From Podarcis filfolensis (Eukaryota), in assembly GCA_964270895.1 (NCBI GenBank), contig OZ185445.1: 64,000 bases of DNA; one strand, 5' to 3'. A program made the position numbers and the translations under genes. A model generated the notes under the pieces. That model worked only from the letters and a program-made list of their open reading frames with translations, searched no databases and was not told where the DNA came from. Positions 25,001 to 38,928 of this stretch are shown one piece after another. The first letter of the stretch is position 1; each line of letters opens with the position of its first letter.

Positions 25001-27049
25001 CTCCCTTCTGGACATACCTAAACACACTGACTTGGCCCGCGGGGGGGGGGGGGGGAGAAATGGAAACGGTTGCAGTTGTTCTCGGCCTGGTCCACAACAC
25101 AGTCCCAAGCAATTCTATGCACTGGAGCTGATCAAGTCTGGTGTCTGCCATAGAGCGCAAACTGATTTAAATGCAACAATTTCGGCTTAGCTTGGTTGTG
25201 TGGATCAGACAGACTCAGTCCTTTCCTTCCCCTCCTTTCTAGTAAGTGTAGAAAACTGCTGTTGCTATGCTTGGTTTTAAAACAAAACAACAATGGCAAT
25301 GGCAATATCATTCGGGAATTAGCGAATGCAATTATTGTAATATGCTATACACACGTTAAATTTAAAACCCACTTGCGAATGTTTTAAATAAAATACTGGT
25401 CTTTCCCTCACATTTTAAGTATTTTAGCGCTACTAGATTGCAACTCTTTTCTTAATTGCTTGCATGAATCCTTAAACGGAGAGAACGGTTTCCAGACAAT
25501 TTATACATTTCCTCTCTTGTTTTTAAGATACAGATTGAACAAGGAAACGCAGGTTAGTCAGTGGCACTACTAATCGGCCTGACCTTCTGTCCTAAAATGT
25601 CATCTTCAAAATCCACTCCCCCCGCCCCGACCCCAATCTGGTCGTCTTCTGTCCACGCTTTTTGAGTGCTAATCAATGAAAGGAAACAAGCCGATTAGTC
25701 CAGAGCTGACAGTGTGCAGAGCTCTCTCTGCTGGCGCTAGTTCTGGAGATGCGGTGGGCCTATTGCATAACTCCCGGGGAGTGGCCGGCTCTGCAGCCAT
25801 TTTCAAAAAGGTTTCCCCTCCCCTCCCCAGCCTCATTAAAACATCTTTGCACAGTCCGCCCCAGAAAAAAAAGTCAATTCCCAGGCTAAATTCTGCCAAC
25901 AAAATTTGGCACACCAATCTACTTATCAGCTAATCCAGAATACTTGAGGCTGCATCCCGATCGCAAGCAAGCCCATTTGGAAGTAAATTCCCTTAAAGGT
26001 CAACCGGGCCTCTGATTGGTATGACAGCATTATAGTAACTATTAAATTTGTTTGGCCTGGCATCTGGGAGCACATTTTCTGACAAGTTCAGCTGGAAGTG
26101 TATCCGCCACTGCCGAATGTATTTGGAGCTGCACTTAAACGAAAGTAAACACAGAACTCCTAAACTGAGGCCTTTGGTTAACTGGCCTGTGGATCGCAAT
26201 CTTCCACAGCCCAGTTAAGACAAAACAATTTGATTTCTCCCCCAATCATCATCATCATCCCTTAGGAGATCCACAGGTCTATTAACAAAGCAGAAAACAG
26301 AAAAGAATTAATATTTAGAATTAATATGGAGAAGGATCAGTCCGGCTTAAAGCTAATATCTGAACTGAGGATAGATTTATAATAATATATTTTATGCAAG
26401 AGCTAATGCGGGGTGGTTCAATGGAACCCGCTTGGCGGCCAGCTCTCTTTGCTCAAGGGTTTCCAAGAGTTGGATGAAGCTGGAGGCCTTTGGTAATGGT
26501 TTGTCTGCTTGCTCCCAGTGCCAGGCCCCGCCGGTGCGGAAGCCAGGACCCAAACCAGGCGAGAACTGGTCTCCTTTCCCACGAAGCCAATTGTCTTCAC
26601 ACCTGTGAGCCAACAAGTGCCAACCTTTCCAGCGTCACAGCAAACGACATTCCCTCCGTAAACAACACGCCCTGAGAAATAGCCTCCTCCTGTTTCTTTC
26701 TTTTTAAAATAAAGAAATGAATTGGTCTCGAACACCGCCTGGCCTTTTCGAAGGGCTGTCATGCCACCTCAGATCCCCCTGCCTCGGGGGTAAGTGCGTC
26801 ACTTCCATCGCTGACCCCAGAAATGGCAATAAATGCCCACAGAAATTCCCAAAAGGCCTCGGGAGTTCAGTTTGGTCGAGTTTTTTTGTTTTAACCCTAT
26901 AGGTAGGTTGCCACCTGATGATCGAACTTCGGGATCTATTTGTATTCGCATTAGCCTGAGTATTTATCCCCTCCCTCTTCTGCAGAAATAGCTTCGTTAA
27001 CAGCAAAGAAATGGAAAGGCGCTCACATTCGCTCGGGAAGAATCGAATA

Positions 27050-27592
27050 ATAATAGTACAGTAATGGTAAAATAAATAATGTCAGCCAGCTAGTCCTCAG
27101 CGTTCTAAAGTCCCCGCCCCCTCTGGGATTCTAGAGCGGATGAGCGGAGCTCTTGCCTCAAGGGTGCAAAGCGCGGGAAGGAAAGGAGCAGGAGATGGCG
27201 ACCCGCCGCTCCTCCGCTTCGCCCCTCTTCTCCTGCGCGGCTGAAATGGTCGGTGTCCCGTCGCCGCCGCTCCCTCTCTCCCTTGTCTCACCCTCACGAG
27301 TTTCCCCTCAGGAGCCAGGAGAAGGACGCCGAGTCTTGCTCGGGCTGGCGCCACAGCAGGGCGAGAGGGTTTGCTTCCCGCCGCCGCTCGCTCTCCCTCC
27401 AGCTCCCCGGAACTCACCTCAGCAGCGGCCCTATGAGCAGCGTAGGCGTCGGCCAAGGCGCTCTCCCGAGCTGGCGGCCTTCGCAGGCGTCTCCTCAGCG
27501 CCTCTCTCGACGGCACCCCGCCCCCCTGCGCTTATACTTGTGACTGACTTTTGCGAACCGAGCGCTGTTCATTCAGCGCGAGCCAAGAGCCC

Positions 27593-27625
<33 letters not shown>

Positions 27626-29100
27626 CCTGATAGAGAACGAGGTGGAGCGGCTAGGGGAGGTGGCTTTGGGGCTGCCCCTTAACTGGGCTGCTGGGACGCG
27701 ACGCCCCCTCCGTAGCCCCCCTCCCCTCCAGGACCAAATAGCGCTCGCGGAAGGGCGGGGCGGGGTGGGGGAGAGAAGGGAAACCGGGCGAGGCGCCTCA
27801 TCCGGCCAATTTTAACGCAGGCGCGAGGATTCGGGAAGCCACGGGAAGCATCCGGTCCTGTCTGACGAAACCTCAAAGCACCCCCGCCAAGTGCCAGAAG
27901 GGGCTGTGACACATGTCCTTCGTGGAAGTCGACTACTCAAGTCCCACTGAAATAACGGGACTTACTGTCAAGTCAACGTATTTGGCATTGGGGGCCTTTA
28001 AAATGGAGGTCAGGCTGGCAGCAGGCAGAGGCGGGCTCTTCCCGCCAACAGCTCGCCTTCCGGCCGTTGTTTTTCCCACGCTGCGTCCTGCGTTCTTCTC
28101 AGGCAGCTTTCCTCAGTGAGGCGCGCCAACAAACCCTTCGGACAGATTCGGTTCTTTTTTCTCCCTCCACCACAGCTTCCTGTTTCAGTCTCTACCTTGT
28201 TTTTCTTTTTCAGGAAGTTTTTTTAATAAGAACAACCCCCCTCCATCTTTTTAGACTCGGTCTCTTCCCTCAGGCCAAATTGCCTAAAACTCTCCCTGTT
28301 AGTCTGTGTGAGCGAAACCAACGGGAATCCGCCTCAGGGACCAAACCAGCCTGGCGTCGCGTTTCCCATTCCCTCAGGGTTTCTTCTCCCCTACAGGCGA
28401 GGCTGCTTCGAATCTGAGGGCGGCGTCGCGCAGCTCCTGCCTAGACTCGCGTCTCCCGCCTTCTTCACACACACCTTCGTCTCCATATCCTGCCCATGCC
28501 GACATTTCCCCGGGGGAACTCGCTCTTTCTCTCAGCCCGGGGATCTTTATCGCCCGACGAACTGGGTTCGAGAGAATGGATCCTCACCTGAGTAGCGAAT
28601 GTGTAGTAATATGCGTAATAACACAGTCGTCTTGCAGGAGATAGCCTAGTCGTCCCCCACTCCTAGCTCATTTCAGCCCGGATTTATTTTGCGCATAAAC
28701 TAGATTCCTTTCTCGTTCCAGAGCAGACAACCTGCCGAGAGACATTCCCCGAGCCGCCTGCTTCAAGGAGCGCGCGTTTTTCAGACCCCCCCCCCGCCCG
28801 CCCCGTGTCCCCCAGACTTGCTCTGGACCTGTTTAGGTAGGAGGGTCTTCGGGCGAGTCTGTGAGCCCTGAGAAGACTCATTCGCCACCTTTCTTCTCTA
28901 TCCTGGAGGGAACCAAATGGGTGGCGGGGGAGGGAGGGGAGAGAGATGAATGGGTCTCTCCCAAGTTTAAACCGGGGAAGAGAGAACGGCCTCAGAAGCG
29001 GGAGACTGGTTTCTCGCGGATGTGGCCAGTTCAACTTGAGGGCCGGCTCGGAGCCTGAAGGATGAAGGAAACCATCGCTTCGAAGGCTGGCGTTGTGCTC
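27050..29100. promoter_or_regulatory. Large CpG island (candidate distal promoter of the host gene or an antisense lncRNA)
   Basis: Most CpG-dense 2 kb of the window by eye; GC boxes (GGGCGGGGCGGGG about 27753), CCAAT about 27808, (TG)n(CG)n at 27595-27625. Confidence 0.65.
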
Positions 29101-30439
29101 CTAACATGTCCTCTTAGTAGCGCCCTTCTCCTTCCCATGGATGTAGCCAATCAAATAAATCAATTAAAAATAATAATTAACTAACTAACTGAGGTTCCCC
29201 CCCCAACAAAGAGCCTAGCTACGCCTATGCTCCTTCCACTGCCTCGATTGCTGCATCCTTGAAAGAGGAATGTGGCATTAAACTCGAGAAGTTCACCTAG
29301 GATCGCAGAATTAGCCGTTTCCCTGAAAGGAAAGGTGTGTACGCAAGACAAATGTCAAAGATTCGCACTGTATCCTAAGGATTTCTTGTGCACACAGGTT
29401 GATCTCTGAATGGAATTTCGTTTTCTCTCTTCCTCTCTCTCACACACTTTTAGAAAGCAGGCACAAAAGCCTCGCCATTGTAGACACGCTAATTGCCTTT
29501 TTGATTTTCTGCATGAACTGAAAGTGAGCGGTGCTTCTACAGAAGACTAATAGGCATTAAAAAAAAAAATACCTGCGCGCGCACACACACACAACACGGT
29601 ACAGCTTACATTAGTTGACTCAGGCCTCCTTGAAAATAACCCCCTTTCTGCAGTTGTAATTGTTACATCTACAGCAGTCTGTCCACAGTTTACACAAGAT
29701 CCGATGCAGCGGGATAATCCTCTCCTCTTTTAATGCAAACTCTGCCCCAGTATGATTGGGCAGATAATATTTAACTGGTGCGCCGAACACAAGAGGGAGA
29801 CGGTGGCTGGCATGAAGTTATGTAAGCGGTATTATGTGCCGGAGCGAGGGCTGCGTAAATAGAGATGTGAACACGTGCATGATGGGAGATATGACGATGT
29901 GCTTTACATTCAAATTCTAAACATATTTACACGGGTGGGGTGGGGTTTAAATGGATTTTACTTTCAGGCAAACGTGCGTAGAATTGCAGCTTTAGTATTT
30001 CCGTCGTCTTGAATTGAGTTAGTGAATTCGCCTGCCTCAAATTATAGAGTGGCATTTACAAGACACTGTATTGAAGAACTTCGTCCCTGGTCCTAAACGC
30101 AAGGCTTGGAAGTAAGTGTTAAATCAATGCGACTTCCAAGTTGTGTGTATAAAGACAGAATTGTTAAAGTCGAGAGAAATAAAATGTGTTTTCTTTTCAT
30201 AAATGCCGTGAAACAAAATGGCTTTTTACTAGGAAGTCTCACAGACACAGCATATTTTAACAGAGACCATTTATAACAAACACGTGATTGGCACTTCCAT
30301 CCTAAACACAGCTGGAAGTAATTCCTATTGATCTCAAGTACGTAGTTGTAATATAATATTATTTATTATGCCTATGAAATCTATTATTTATAAGCCCTCA
30401 AGGCACTTCATTTATTTTATCTGGTCAGTTAATCACATT

Positions 30440-30625
30440 TTAAGTCCCATTGATTTCAATGGGATGGATGTTCAGCCCGATCCTATGGTTGCTTACTCTG
30501 AAGTAAGTCCTATTGTCTTCACTGAGGCTTATTCCTAAATGTACACAGGATTCCCGTTTATTGGGAATAAGTTCCATTGAACTGAATGGGACTTCAGAGC
30601 AGACATCCAGCCATAGGATCTCTCT
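30440..30625. repeat. Adjacent degenerate copies of the short palindromic squamate repeat (CCCATTGA-TTCAATGGG core)
   Basis: GTCCCATTGATTTCAATGGGA and AGTTCCATTGAACTGAATGGGACTT cores with the typical AATCCTATG ... CATAGGAT flanks. Related relics at about 2470, 3430, 7590, 11565, 12545, 14310, 27930, 34460, 34790, 35960 and 39510. Confidence 0.6.
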
Positions 30626-31510
30626 ATCAGGCATATGTTGTAATAACTCAATAATCTTTTACTAAAACATAAAACTCCCCTATAACCTTATACAGTTGTT
30701 TCTTAGTGCCGTGGTCCTAACACGTTCCAGATATCCCCCTACCCTATTTTATTCGTTTTATACCACTGATATGTCAAACTTGCGCTGCAGTTCTATTACC
30801 TGTGAGTACACCCACTGGCTACAATGGCACTTTTACTTCCAAGTAAACACTCGTTGCATTGTGCAGTAATCCAAAAGCCAACTAGGTCTTTTTTAAAGGA
30901 AGCTGCAGCTGCATTATTTCTCCAACATTGCCTGGGAGTCGGCTGAGCTTAACAAGTGCAATCTGATTCTATCTATGGATATTGTCCATCGCCATATTGG
31001 CTTACCTAGGGCTGCTCCAAATGAGTTAATGCCTGAATGAAAACCGAGAACCAACACGCCCCGCTTTAACCAGCAGGTTAAAACTACCGCGTAAGCGCTA
31101 TTCAAACGATGACTAATCAGAACGCCTTCCAGGTAATGGCGCTTGAAGGCTTGAAGGATGGCGCGCTTTCGGTGCGCTATCTAGAGTGCATCCTGCAAAT
31201 CCGAATTCTTGTTGTTACTCAGCTACAGAATAGAGTGGTTCGCCTCATTCAATCCGATATACAGCAAACCAGTTAAACCTAACCCTTCCTTTTAATCAGA
31301 TTAGCACCTTAATCCTAGATGTATTTATTTAGTGGAGAGTTAGGCGGATTTGAGAAGCAGTTACTTGCAAGTAATCATATTTAGGACTCTGGAACGTGGT
31401 TGGGGCAGGAGGCGGAATTTAAAACCAGATTTGGGAGAGGGTGTAAAGTTCTAGTCCTCAATGCATTACTTGGAAATTAATCCAGTGTCAAGACAATCTC
31501 CTTTTAAATA

Positions 31511-31752
31511 CAGTGGTACCTCAGGTTACATACGCTTCAGGTTACATACGCTTCAGGTTACAGACTCCGCTAACCCAGAAATATTACCTCGGGTTAAGAA
31601 CTTTGCTTCAGGATGAGAACAGAAATCGCGTGGCGGCGGCGCGGCAGCAGCGGGAGGCCCCATTAGCTAAAGTGGTGCTTCAGGTTAAGAACAGTTTCAG
31701 GTTAAGAATGGACCTCCGGAACGAATTAAGTACGTAACCAGAGGTACCACTG
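31511..31752 (+). mobile_element. Tc1/mariner (Tigger-like) MITE
   Basis: TIRs CAGTGGTACCTC ... GAGGTACCACTG; TA target duplication at 31509-10 and 31753-54; internal AGGTTACATACGCTTC repeats. Confidence 0.92.
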
Positions 31753-33398
31753 TAATGTATTTAGGATCAAGGTACACATGTGGTTCTTTGGTGGAGGCTC
31801 GAAACATGCTTAAGCCCGCCCATTCCCCAGTCATATTTGCTCAGATTTAATTCCATTTCAGTCTCGCTTAGAAAGCAAGTCCTATGAGGTTAGTGGGGCT
31901 TGCTAACAAGCGAACGAATTTCCAGTTGACCAGTACACCCTTCTTAAATTACTCGCTTTGCCGATCTGCCCCTCTCAGTAACTTTGACTTCCGTGCACTC
32001 TGGATGGTATTAATTATCTTGCGTGGGTCTAATACCCCAATTACTACTCTTATTGATCATTACTATCATTGCGAATCATTGCTGTTGCAAATCGTCACTG
32101 TGCCCTTATTTAGCATAGATTTCAGTCTTGCAGGAAAAAATTGACTTACTTGCATTTCTTCGGCTTTGCCCCACGGTTTACTATATCTACACACAAATAG
32201 GGCTATTGCATTCATGCCCTATTGGTCATCCCAGATACACCTAGTTGGCCAAGGGGGTGGGAAGCAGATGTTGGACTAGACAGACCATAGGTCTGATCCA
32301 GCAAGGGCTTTCAGTGTACATTTCTCTCTCTTCCCCCCCTCTCTCTGTGTACCAGTCACCTGGAAAGGTATACTTTAGTCCAGGAAAGTTTGTGCTACAA
32401 TAAATTCTTCAGGCTGCCACAACCCCCCCCCCTTTTAGAGAGATTCTAAACTCATTATACAATTGGTTTCATAAACGGAGGATAAGCTGCTTTGTTTGAA
32501 GATCCACCCACTGAGAAGTTCTCCTGCACAAGCCCTATTCATTTCTATGGGGCTTGCGATGAGAACATCCCAGTGGATTGTGTCTTAGGCCCTTAGTCTT
32601 CCACATAATCTGGTTAAATTTAAATAGAATATGTATAATAAATCTGGCTTTATGCAAAGTGCACTTAATTATGTTTTTTAAATGTAGTGATCTATTTTCT
32701 GCAGTAATATAATTTAAACATGTTCTCCAAAACATAAAGTTTTTAATGTCAAAACAAAACTGGGAACATCGTTTAAATTATATTTTGGGGCCAGATTTCA
32801 CTAAATGAAAAGAAAATCAACTTAATGCGACTATGAGAAACTTCTGGAGAACAATCGTCTGCATATTGTTTTATAATGTGCCATAATCTGAAGCATGTAA
32901 AATTTCGGTCCATTATTATTCAAACCAGGAATTAGCAGAGTAATTTTTCCTTCTATTGTCCATAAAATTGCCAAATGACTAAATTAACTGACTTCATACT
33001 GTGGACCATCAATTACATGGTATATTTCATTCGGATGGAGTTCGAAATTACCTTTGTACTTTTTTATTTAAAAAAAATCCTTTTCTTTTCTTTCTTTTTT
33101 AGTATGAAACATTTCCCCAGTCTAAACGTTTGTTGTCAACTGTCAAAATAAAGCACAACCCGCCCCCCAAACCCACCCATTGTCAAAAGCTCGGGTACAG
33201 TCTTGTCAGGACTAAACTGCCTTAAATGAAACTGGAAGCAACCTGGTCTGTTAACTGCAGACTGCATCCTCAGTGATCTATGGGGGTACCATTATTAGTG
33301 CTTTAGGGACTCTCATAAACTATTTCTGATAAACCTCACTAATTCTCATAAGAGCTTTGTTTAAAGTTAACAGATCTGAGTTACAGCTGGGCTTTATG

Positions 33399-33445
33399 AT
33401 ATTATTATTATTATTATTATTATTAGTAGTAGTAGTAGTAGTAGT
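33399..33445. repeat. Compound (ATT)n(AGT)n microsatellite
   Basis: Directly seen. Confidence 0.95.
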
Positions 33446-35999
33446 GCATCCATAGATCTCAGGCGGTTTATATGTAAATAAACCAAAAACCAGACAAACT
33501 GGAATCTGACATGAGGTCTTTATTTCAGAAACCTTGGTGTAACTTTGCAGTATGTAACAGACACTAAGTCTGAGCGCAGACCTCAGGGCTACAAGATCCT
33601 GCCCAATCTGCGTGTCGTGTTTCGTATTGTCCTTCCTCGTCGCCCCGCCCTCCCATTGCTTTGTGTAACTCGAAACTCGTGCGGAGAACTCGAAGGTTTG
33701 CTCATTATTTTGTGACATTTCGGTTGGTCCTAATAAATATATTGCCCAGTTCTGGATTTTGAGGTTTTTTGTTTTTCTTATGGACCAATACCTTAGTTGT
33801 TTACTCCCCCCACCCTTCGTTCCTAAACAGTTTCACTGAAATAAGTAGCTGGCTACAGTTGCATCCATACGAACCAGTCAAGGAGGGACATCTTGGTCAC
33901 GGTGCAGAGATGGAGAAAACATCTCACTGATTTCAGCTGAACTGAAAACAAACTGCTTACATAGCTACCCGCGACAACCTTAACCCAATTTATCAGTTAA
34001 ACCGAAGAATTAGGATTAACATCGATCAGGTCCCATTGTAGCAGAATGATTATACCCAACCACACAGGCAATCATCGGCTTCAATGCATATGCTTCTGCC
34101 TAATGAGATTTTTGAGGTTCCTTGCCCCGCTGACTTCACATGCTACATTTATGTGATTATCTGGGGCTGTGTTTCTGGGGCTAGTCAGCTAAACTCCTTA
34201 GGACTTCCTCAGAAGTAAATGGGTGCGAGCATCAAGGTGCAGGTCACACAACTTCTGTTGATATCTCCTGCCTGCTTGGACGTCAGAGTTATTTACTTAG
34301 AAGCAGAGGAGCTAGAGATGATGGCCCAAACCTAACTGCTGATCAGATTTTTTAAAACCATTAACAAGGACACACAGGATTCAAAATTCTTTTTAAAACG
34401 GGAAAAACAAAAAATATATTTGGTTATATCGGACTACAGAGCAGCAGAAAGATCTCGTGCGCAAGTCCCATTGAAATGAACGGAAGCTGCACAGGAAACT
34501 TCAATGGGGAGACGTTATTATTGTTCCATTCTCTTTCATAACTTCCTTCCAATGGTCCCCTTCAACAACAGCAACACAAGATAATATCAAGTTCAAATTT
34601 AATATTTAAGTCCAGTTTAGTTTAATGGGGGAAATGTTAAACATGTGATGATCTCAGATATATTGTTTTATGTTATCAAAATGATTTTTATACCGCTTTT
34701 CATTTACCCAGAACAAACTGAAAAAACACCAAAGCGGCTCACACCATAATAAAAACATAAACAATATCCAACTCAGTGGGGTTGAACTCAGGGGGACGTT
34801 AAGGCTGCAGTCATGTGCCCACTTACCTGAAATAAGGTCGATTGAACTCAATGGGACTTTTGAAAGGATATGTATGGGAACAGGCTATACAAAGTTTGCC
34901 TTTCTCTGTATTGTGTATCAGTGATAATTACAGTATCTAGGAAGGGTTTTGGGAGCTGGTGTTTTTTTAAATAAAAAAAATGGAGGCTAAAATTAGCATA
35001 AATCATTTTAAAAACCTTTGCAGAGTTTCATTTTCCCCTTATTTCTAGATTAGTGGGAACTTTTATGACCCTCTCTACCTTGGGAAAACATTTTGCCACT
35101 TTCTTGGGGTGACTACTCTCTTTTGAGGATTCTGTGTACGCTCCACTTTATGTTCAAAATTTTTCCATAAGGAACAATCTGCTTCGAAAATAATTCATTA
35201 AGAAAAACAAACAAATAAATAAATGTCATGTTTTTATTAACTTTTTTTTAAAAAAAAGCTTTTCAAGCTACAACCACCTGCGCGCTTACTATAGAGTTAG
35301 TGCTCTCATTGATCCATTGGGACATATTCCAGGGTGAAAATGCGCAGGACTTACCTGGCTGCGCCTTGCTCAGTTATCACAAAAGAAAACATGAGATCCA
35401 TAATAACTCTAAAGCAAGGCCGCTCCTGGTTTATGCAAAGCTGCCGAAATTGGGGTTTTGTTTTGTTTTCCCCTAGTGACAGCGGAAGTATCACAAACTC
35501 TGGGGGCTACAAAACGCTACCTTGAAAATCCCTTCAGAAATTTCCAAGGGATATTGACTAGCCAATAAAGAACCAGCGTCATATTAGTCTATTGCTGGAC
35601 GCTTTTGCTTGTTTTAAAATCGTGAAGACAGCCCCCCACCCCGCAGCTTGTTTCATTTTAGTGACATATTTGCCACTATCGTCCTCTAGTGAGAATTCTA
35701 TATAAAGATTCCATCTGATTTTTTGGAGCTCAATTCCTAAACGGGCTAAGCCCCTATCTTAAACCACATACCTCTATCCTACCCACCAGGAGCGAAAATG
35801 CAGCTGAAACGAGCCTAACTCTGAGGAAATAAGAGGTGCAAGATGAACCCATTTGGATCGGGACCGTGCAAAGGCTTAAAAACAAAACGAAACGATTCCG
35901 TTGAACTTTGGAGGGGTTAAAAGCGTGCCATTAAAATTGCGGCGCGCTAAGCGCTTCCACTTAGAAGTGAGATCTGTTGAAGTCAGCGGGACTTCATAA

Positions 36000-37810
36000 A
36001 CTGCATTTAGGATCGAGGCATAAGTCGTTTCCAAACGCAAGCGCTCTCGCGCGAGAGATGTTTGTGAATGGCATCCTTTGGGACCTCCGCGTTAAGGACT
36101 CAGCGCGCCTATCCCCTGGGTAGCTCGGATCATGGCAAAGTTCTCGAAAAGGACCCCATGGCATCCTGAATTCTACCGGGGGGAAGGGGAAAGCCCTCCA
36201 GTCGGGAGTGTTTTCAAAGAGTGGAAAAAAGAAGGAGCAATCAACACAAACAAAGGCGCTTTCAGTCGTGCTGAACGACGCAAGCCGATAGACGCTTGGT
36301 CTGCGCGCTCCAGGGAAGGGAAACGCTTTGGATTCGAATCGCGTGTGGGAGACGGGCGACTCTTTCCACGGGCGTTGGAAAAGGAGAGAGAAAAAGATGC
36401 CTTTAAGTGCTAGGATGAAGGTGAACGAGCCCTCCTCCCCAGCTCCCAGCCATCAAAGCTACTTTTGGGTACCAGTTCTCCTCGCTCTCTCTCTCCTTCT
36501 CTTTCATGGAGACCAAGCCTTGGTAAGTCACGGGCACACAGGTGAATCCTGCAAGGGACTGCATTGGCTTTCATACTGAACAGCCAGCCGTTTGGATTTT
36601 TGCAGGATCTGGCTCAACGCTGCCTACTTCAACCCAGAACCACAGCCAAGCTCTTCTGACTATAAACGCTGTATCCGTGGGCAAATAAATGTGAATCTGA
36701 AGGGTGGCGTGTATGTGTATGTTTGTGTTGGAGGGAGTATTCCCAGCTGCCTTGTCGGTGCCAAGTAAGTGTCTGTGTTTGGGCGGGATAGGAGGATCGC
36801 TTCCCTGTTTCTTCCCCTTCTCCATCCCTGCCACTGACGCGTGTCCTCCCTCCGCGCTCACACGGCCAAGAACCACTCCCTACCCTCACACGGCTGAGCT
36901 GCAGGTAACCCCGTCGTGAGGAGAAGTCTCCTGCATCCCTATTGGTAGGGATCGCAGTGCCAAACCTGTCACATAACGCTCTGATTTGCGGGCTCAGTTT
37001 TATTTTTCCTTTCAAGAGCCGGGATGGAAGCGAGTGAGGTGTGTATGTGTGGCACAATGTAGGTCTTGCTCCCCCAGGCTGTTGAGTAGTTTGCCCGAGA
37101 ATCTGTGCCCATTAAGCCCTGCTGGCGGTGTTCCAGATGACTACCGCGTTCACACCCACCCACCCCCGCCCCGCTCCACAGCGCGGCCATTGCAACGCGG
37201 AAACGGCTCTTGTAAGCAAGAAATCTGTGACTGAGAAATCGACGGGGGGCACCTTCAAGAAAATGCACCGGGCTTCAAGGGGAAAGCCGAATGACTCGGG
37301 CCGGTGTGGAAGGTGGTGGGATGGCCGAAGGCAGTTTCCACGGCCCCGGGAGCACAGGATCGGCCCGCTAGCCTGGAAGGTGCACGCCTCTCTGAGCATC
37401 GGAGCACCTCCAGGCCAGCCCAGAGCTTCCGACGAGGGCGCAGAGCCAGGCGGGCGCCTAAAATGCCCAGCCTGGCTGAGGAGAGCGCGCGGGGGCGGGG
37501 TGGCGGCGGAGGGGAAGCAGGATGACATTTGACCCTGGGCCTTTCTCCCCAACAAAGGACCACCAAAGCCCTGCCCGTCCCCTCGGACTGCTTGACATCC
37601 GGATGTCTTTGCTCCCCTATGGAAATGCGAATGAACTTACGAGGGACCAGTCATTGACCCCAGTCACCCGCCGCCCCACCCTGGGGACCGCCGCCCGCCG
37701 CCCAGGCAGCTCGGCCCCTGGCGCAGCGATGATGGATCCCCACTTAATCGCTTCCGCCGCTGAATGGCTTCCCTCCTCCCGAAATCTCCCGGCCTATAGG
37801 AAGGGAGAGC
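36000..37810. promoter_or_regulatory. CpG-rich region
   Basis: CpG-dense, especially 37150-37800; followed by (GA)28. Confidence 0.55.

Positions 37811-37812
<2 letters not shown>

Positions 37813-37868
<56 letters not shown>
37813..37868. repeat. (GA)28 microsatellite
   Basis: Directly seen. Confidence 0.95.
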
Positions 37869-37870
<2 letters not shown>

Positions 37871-38928
37871 CGACCTGTGCTTCAAAACACACCCTCCTAG
37901 CAGACAGGTAAAATTGGTCCTGGGAGAGGAAAGGGAGAAAAGAAGAAATCTATTCGCTTCCGAATAGAACCCCTTTCCATCAGGGCTGGTGTGGTGGGAG
38001 ATCTGGTTTAGACACTTGACGTTTGTCTAAACAGGAACAAGCTGGCAAATACAAACCGACCGTGCCTTTTCAGAGCGGACGAAAAGACGTACAAAAACTC
38101 CAGAAAATAAAAGGAAATCTGGCAAGGTCATAGCGTCCGGAGGGTTCCTGAGTACAGTATAATATCTGTTGAAAAAAATGCGTACTCCCCCACAAAAAAC
38201 CCATCACTTCCTACTTCCATTACAGTATCTTTGTTCTGTTTATCTCTGCTCCTTAAAAACAAACCCGTCTTCATTCATGCAATTGAAGAGATTGCCAGCT
38301 ATCACCTGAAATATCTGGGACAAAAATCTAGTCTCCCAGAAGACTTGACTCTCTTCCCTCTTCTTCATACATGCTGTTCTGAAAGCGAAACATGAAGCCC
38401 ATCTTGGAGAAGGGGGGGATGAAAGCCTAACACTGAGATAATTGAAGTATTCTTATTCATTCCAATGTAGATTATTAAATAGGAAACGAGATGATGATGA
38501 TGATGATTATTTTAGTAAACTCAGGCTGGTTAGAGGAAGAGAATTATATTCCGGCACAAGAGAGAATTCAAGGGGGAAATGCCCGTTCTCCTTCTGCCCC
38601 CTCCCACCTTGGAAACATGCACGCGGAGAAGAGAGTTCATCGCAAGGAAATTAAGACCCCAAGTTATAAAAGACAGAAGGAACTGTACCTTGGAAACTCG
38701 GACGCTCGCCTCCAGTTTTGTGAATGACGATGGGGCTTTTGGGTGTCATTTGAAAATAAATCAAGAATTAGTTTTTTTCTTTGTTCTACACATACCCTGC
38801 GTTTGGACTGTGCTGTGGAAAGCCGGTTGATAGACTACAGCGTTAATTAATACTGTGCTAATTTGAGTTTAAGAGTGAAGGGAGGTGGAACTGGGGAGAG
38901 CGAGCGAGAGCGAGACTGTGATGGGACA

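Noticed and set aside
27153-27815. 220-aa plus-strand ORF and other long ORFs in GC-rich blocks (e.g. 21487-22068, 9150-9674, 23994-24518)
   Set aside because: Low-complexity translations that include microsatellites, with no recognisable domain; expected in stop-poor CpG islands.
36044-36057. Perfect 14-bp palindrome CTCTCGCGCGAGAG as a BANP/ZBTB33 motif
   Set aside because: It has an extra CG relative to TCTCGCGAGA; a one-mismatch copy at 16966 is also unconvincing.
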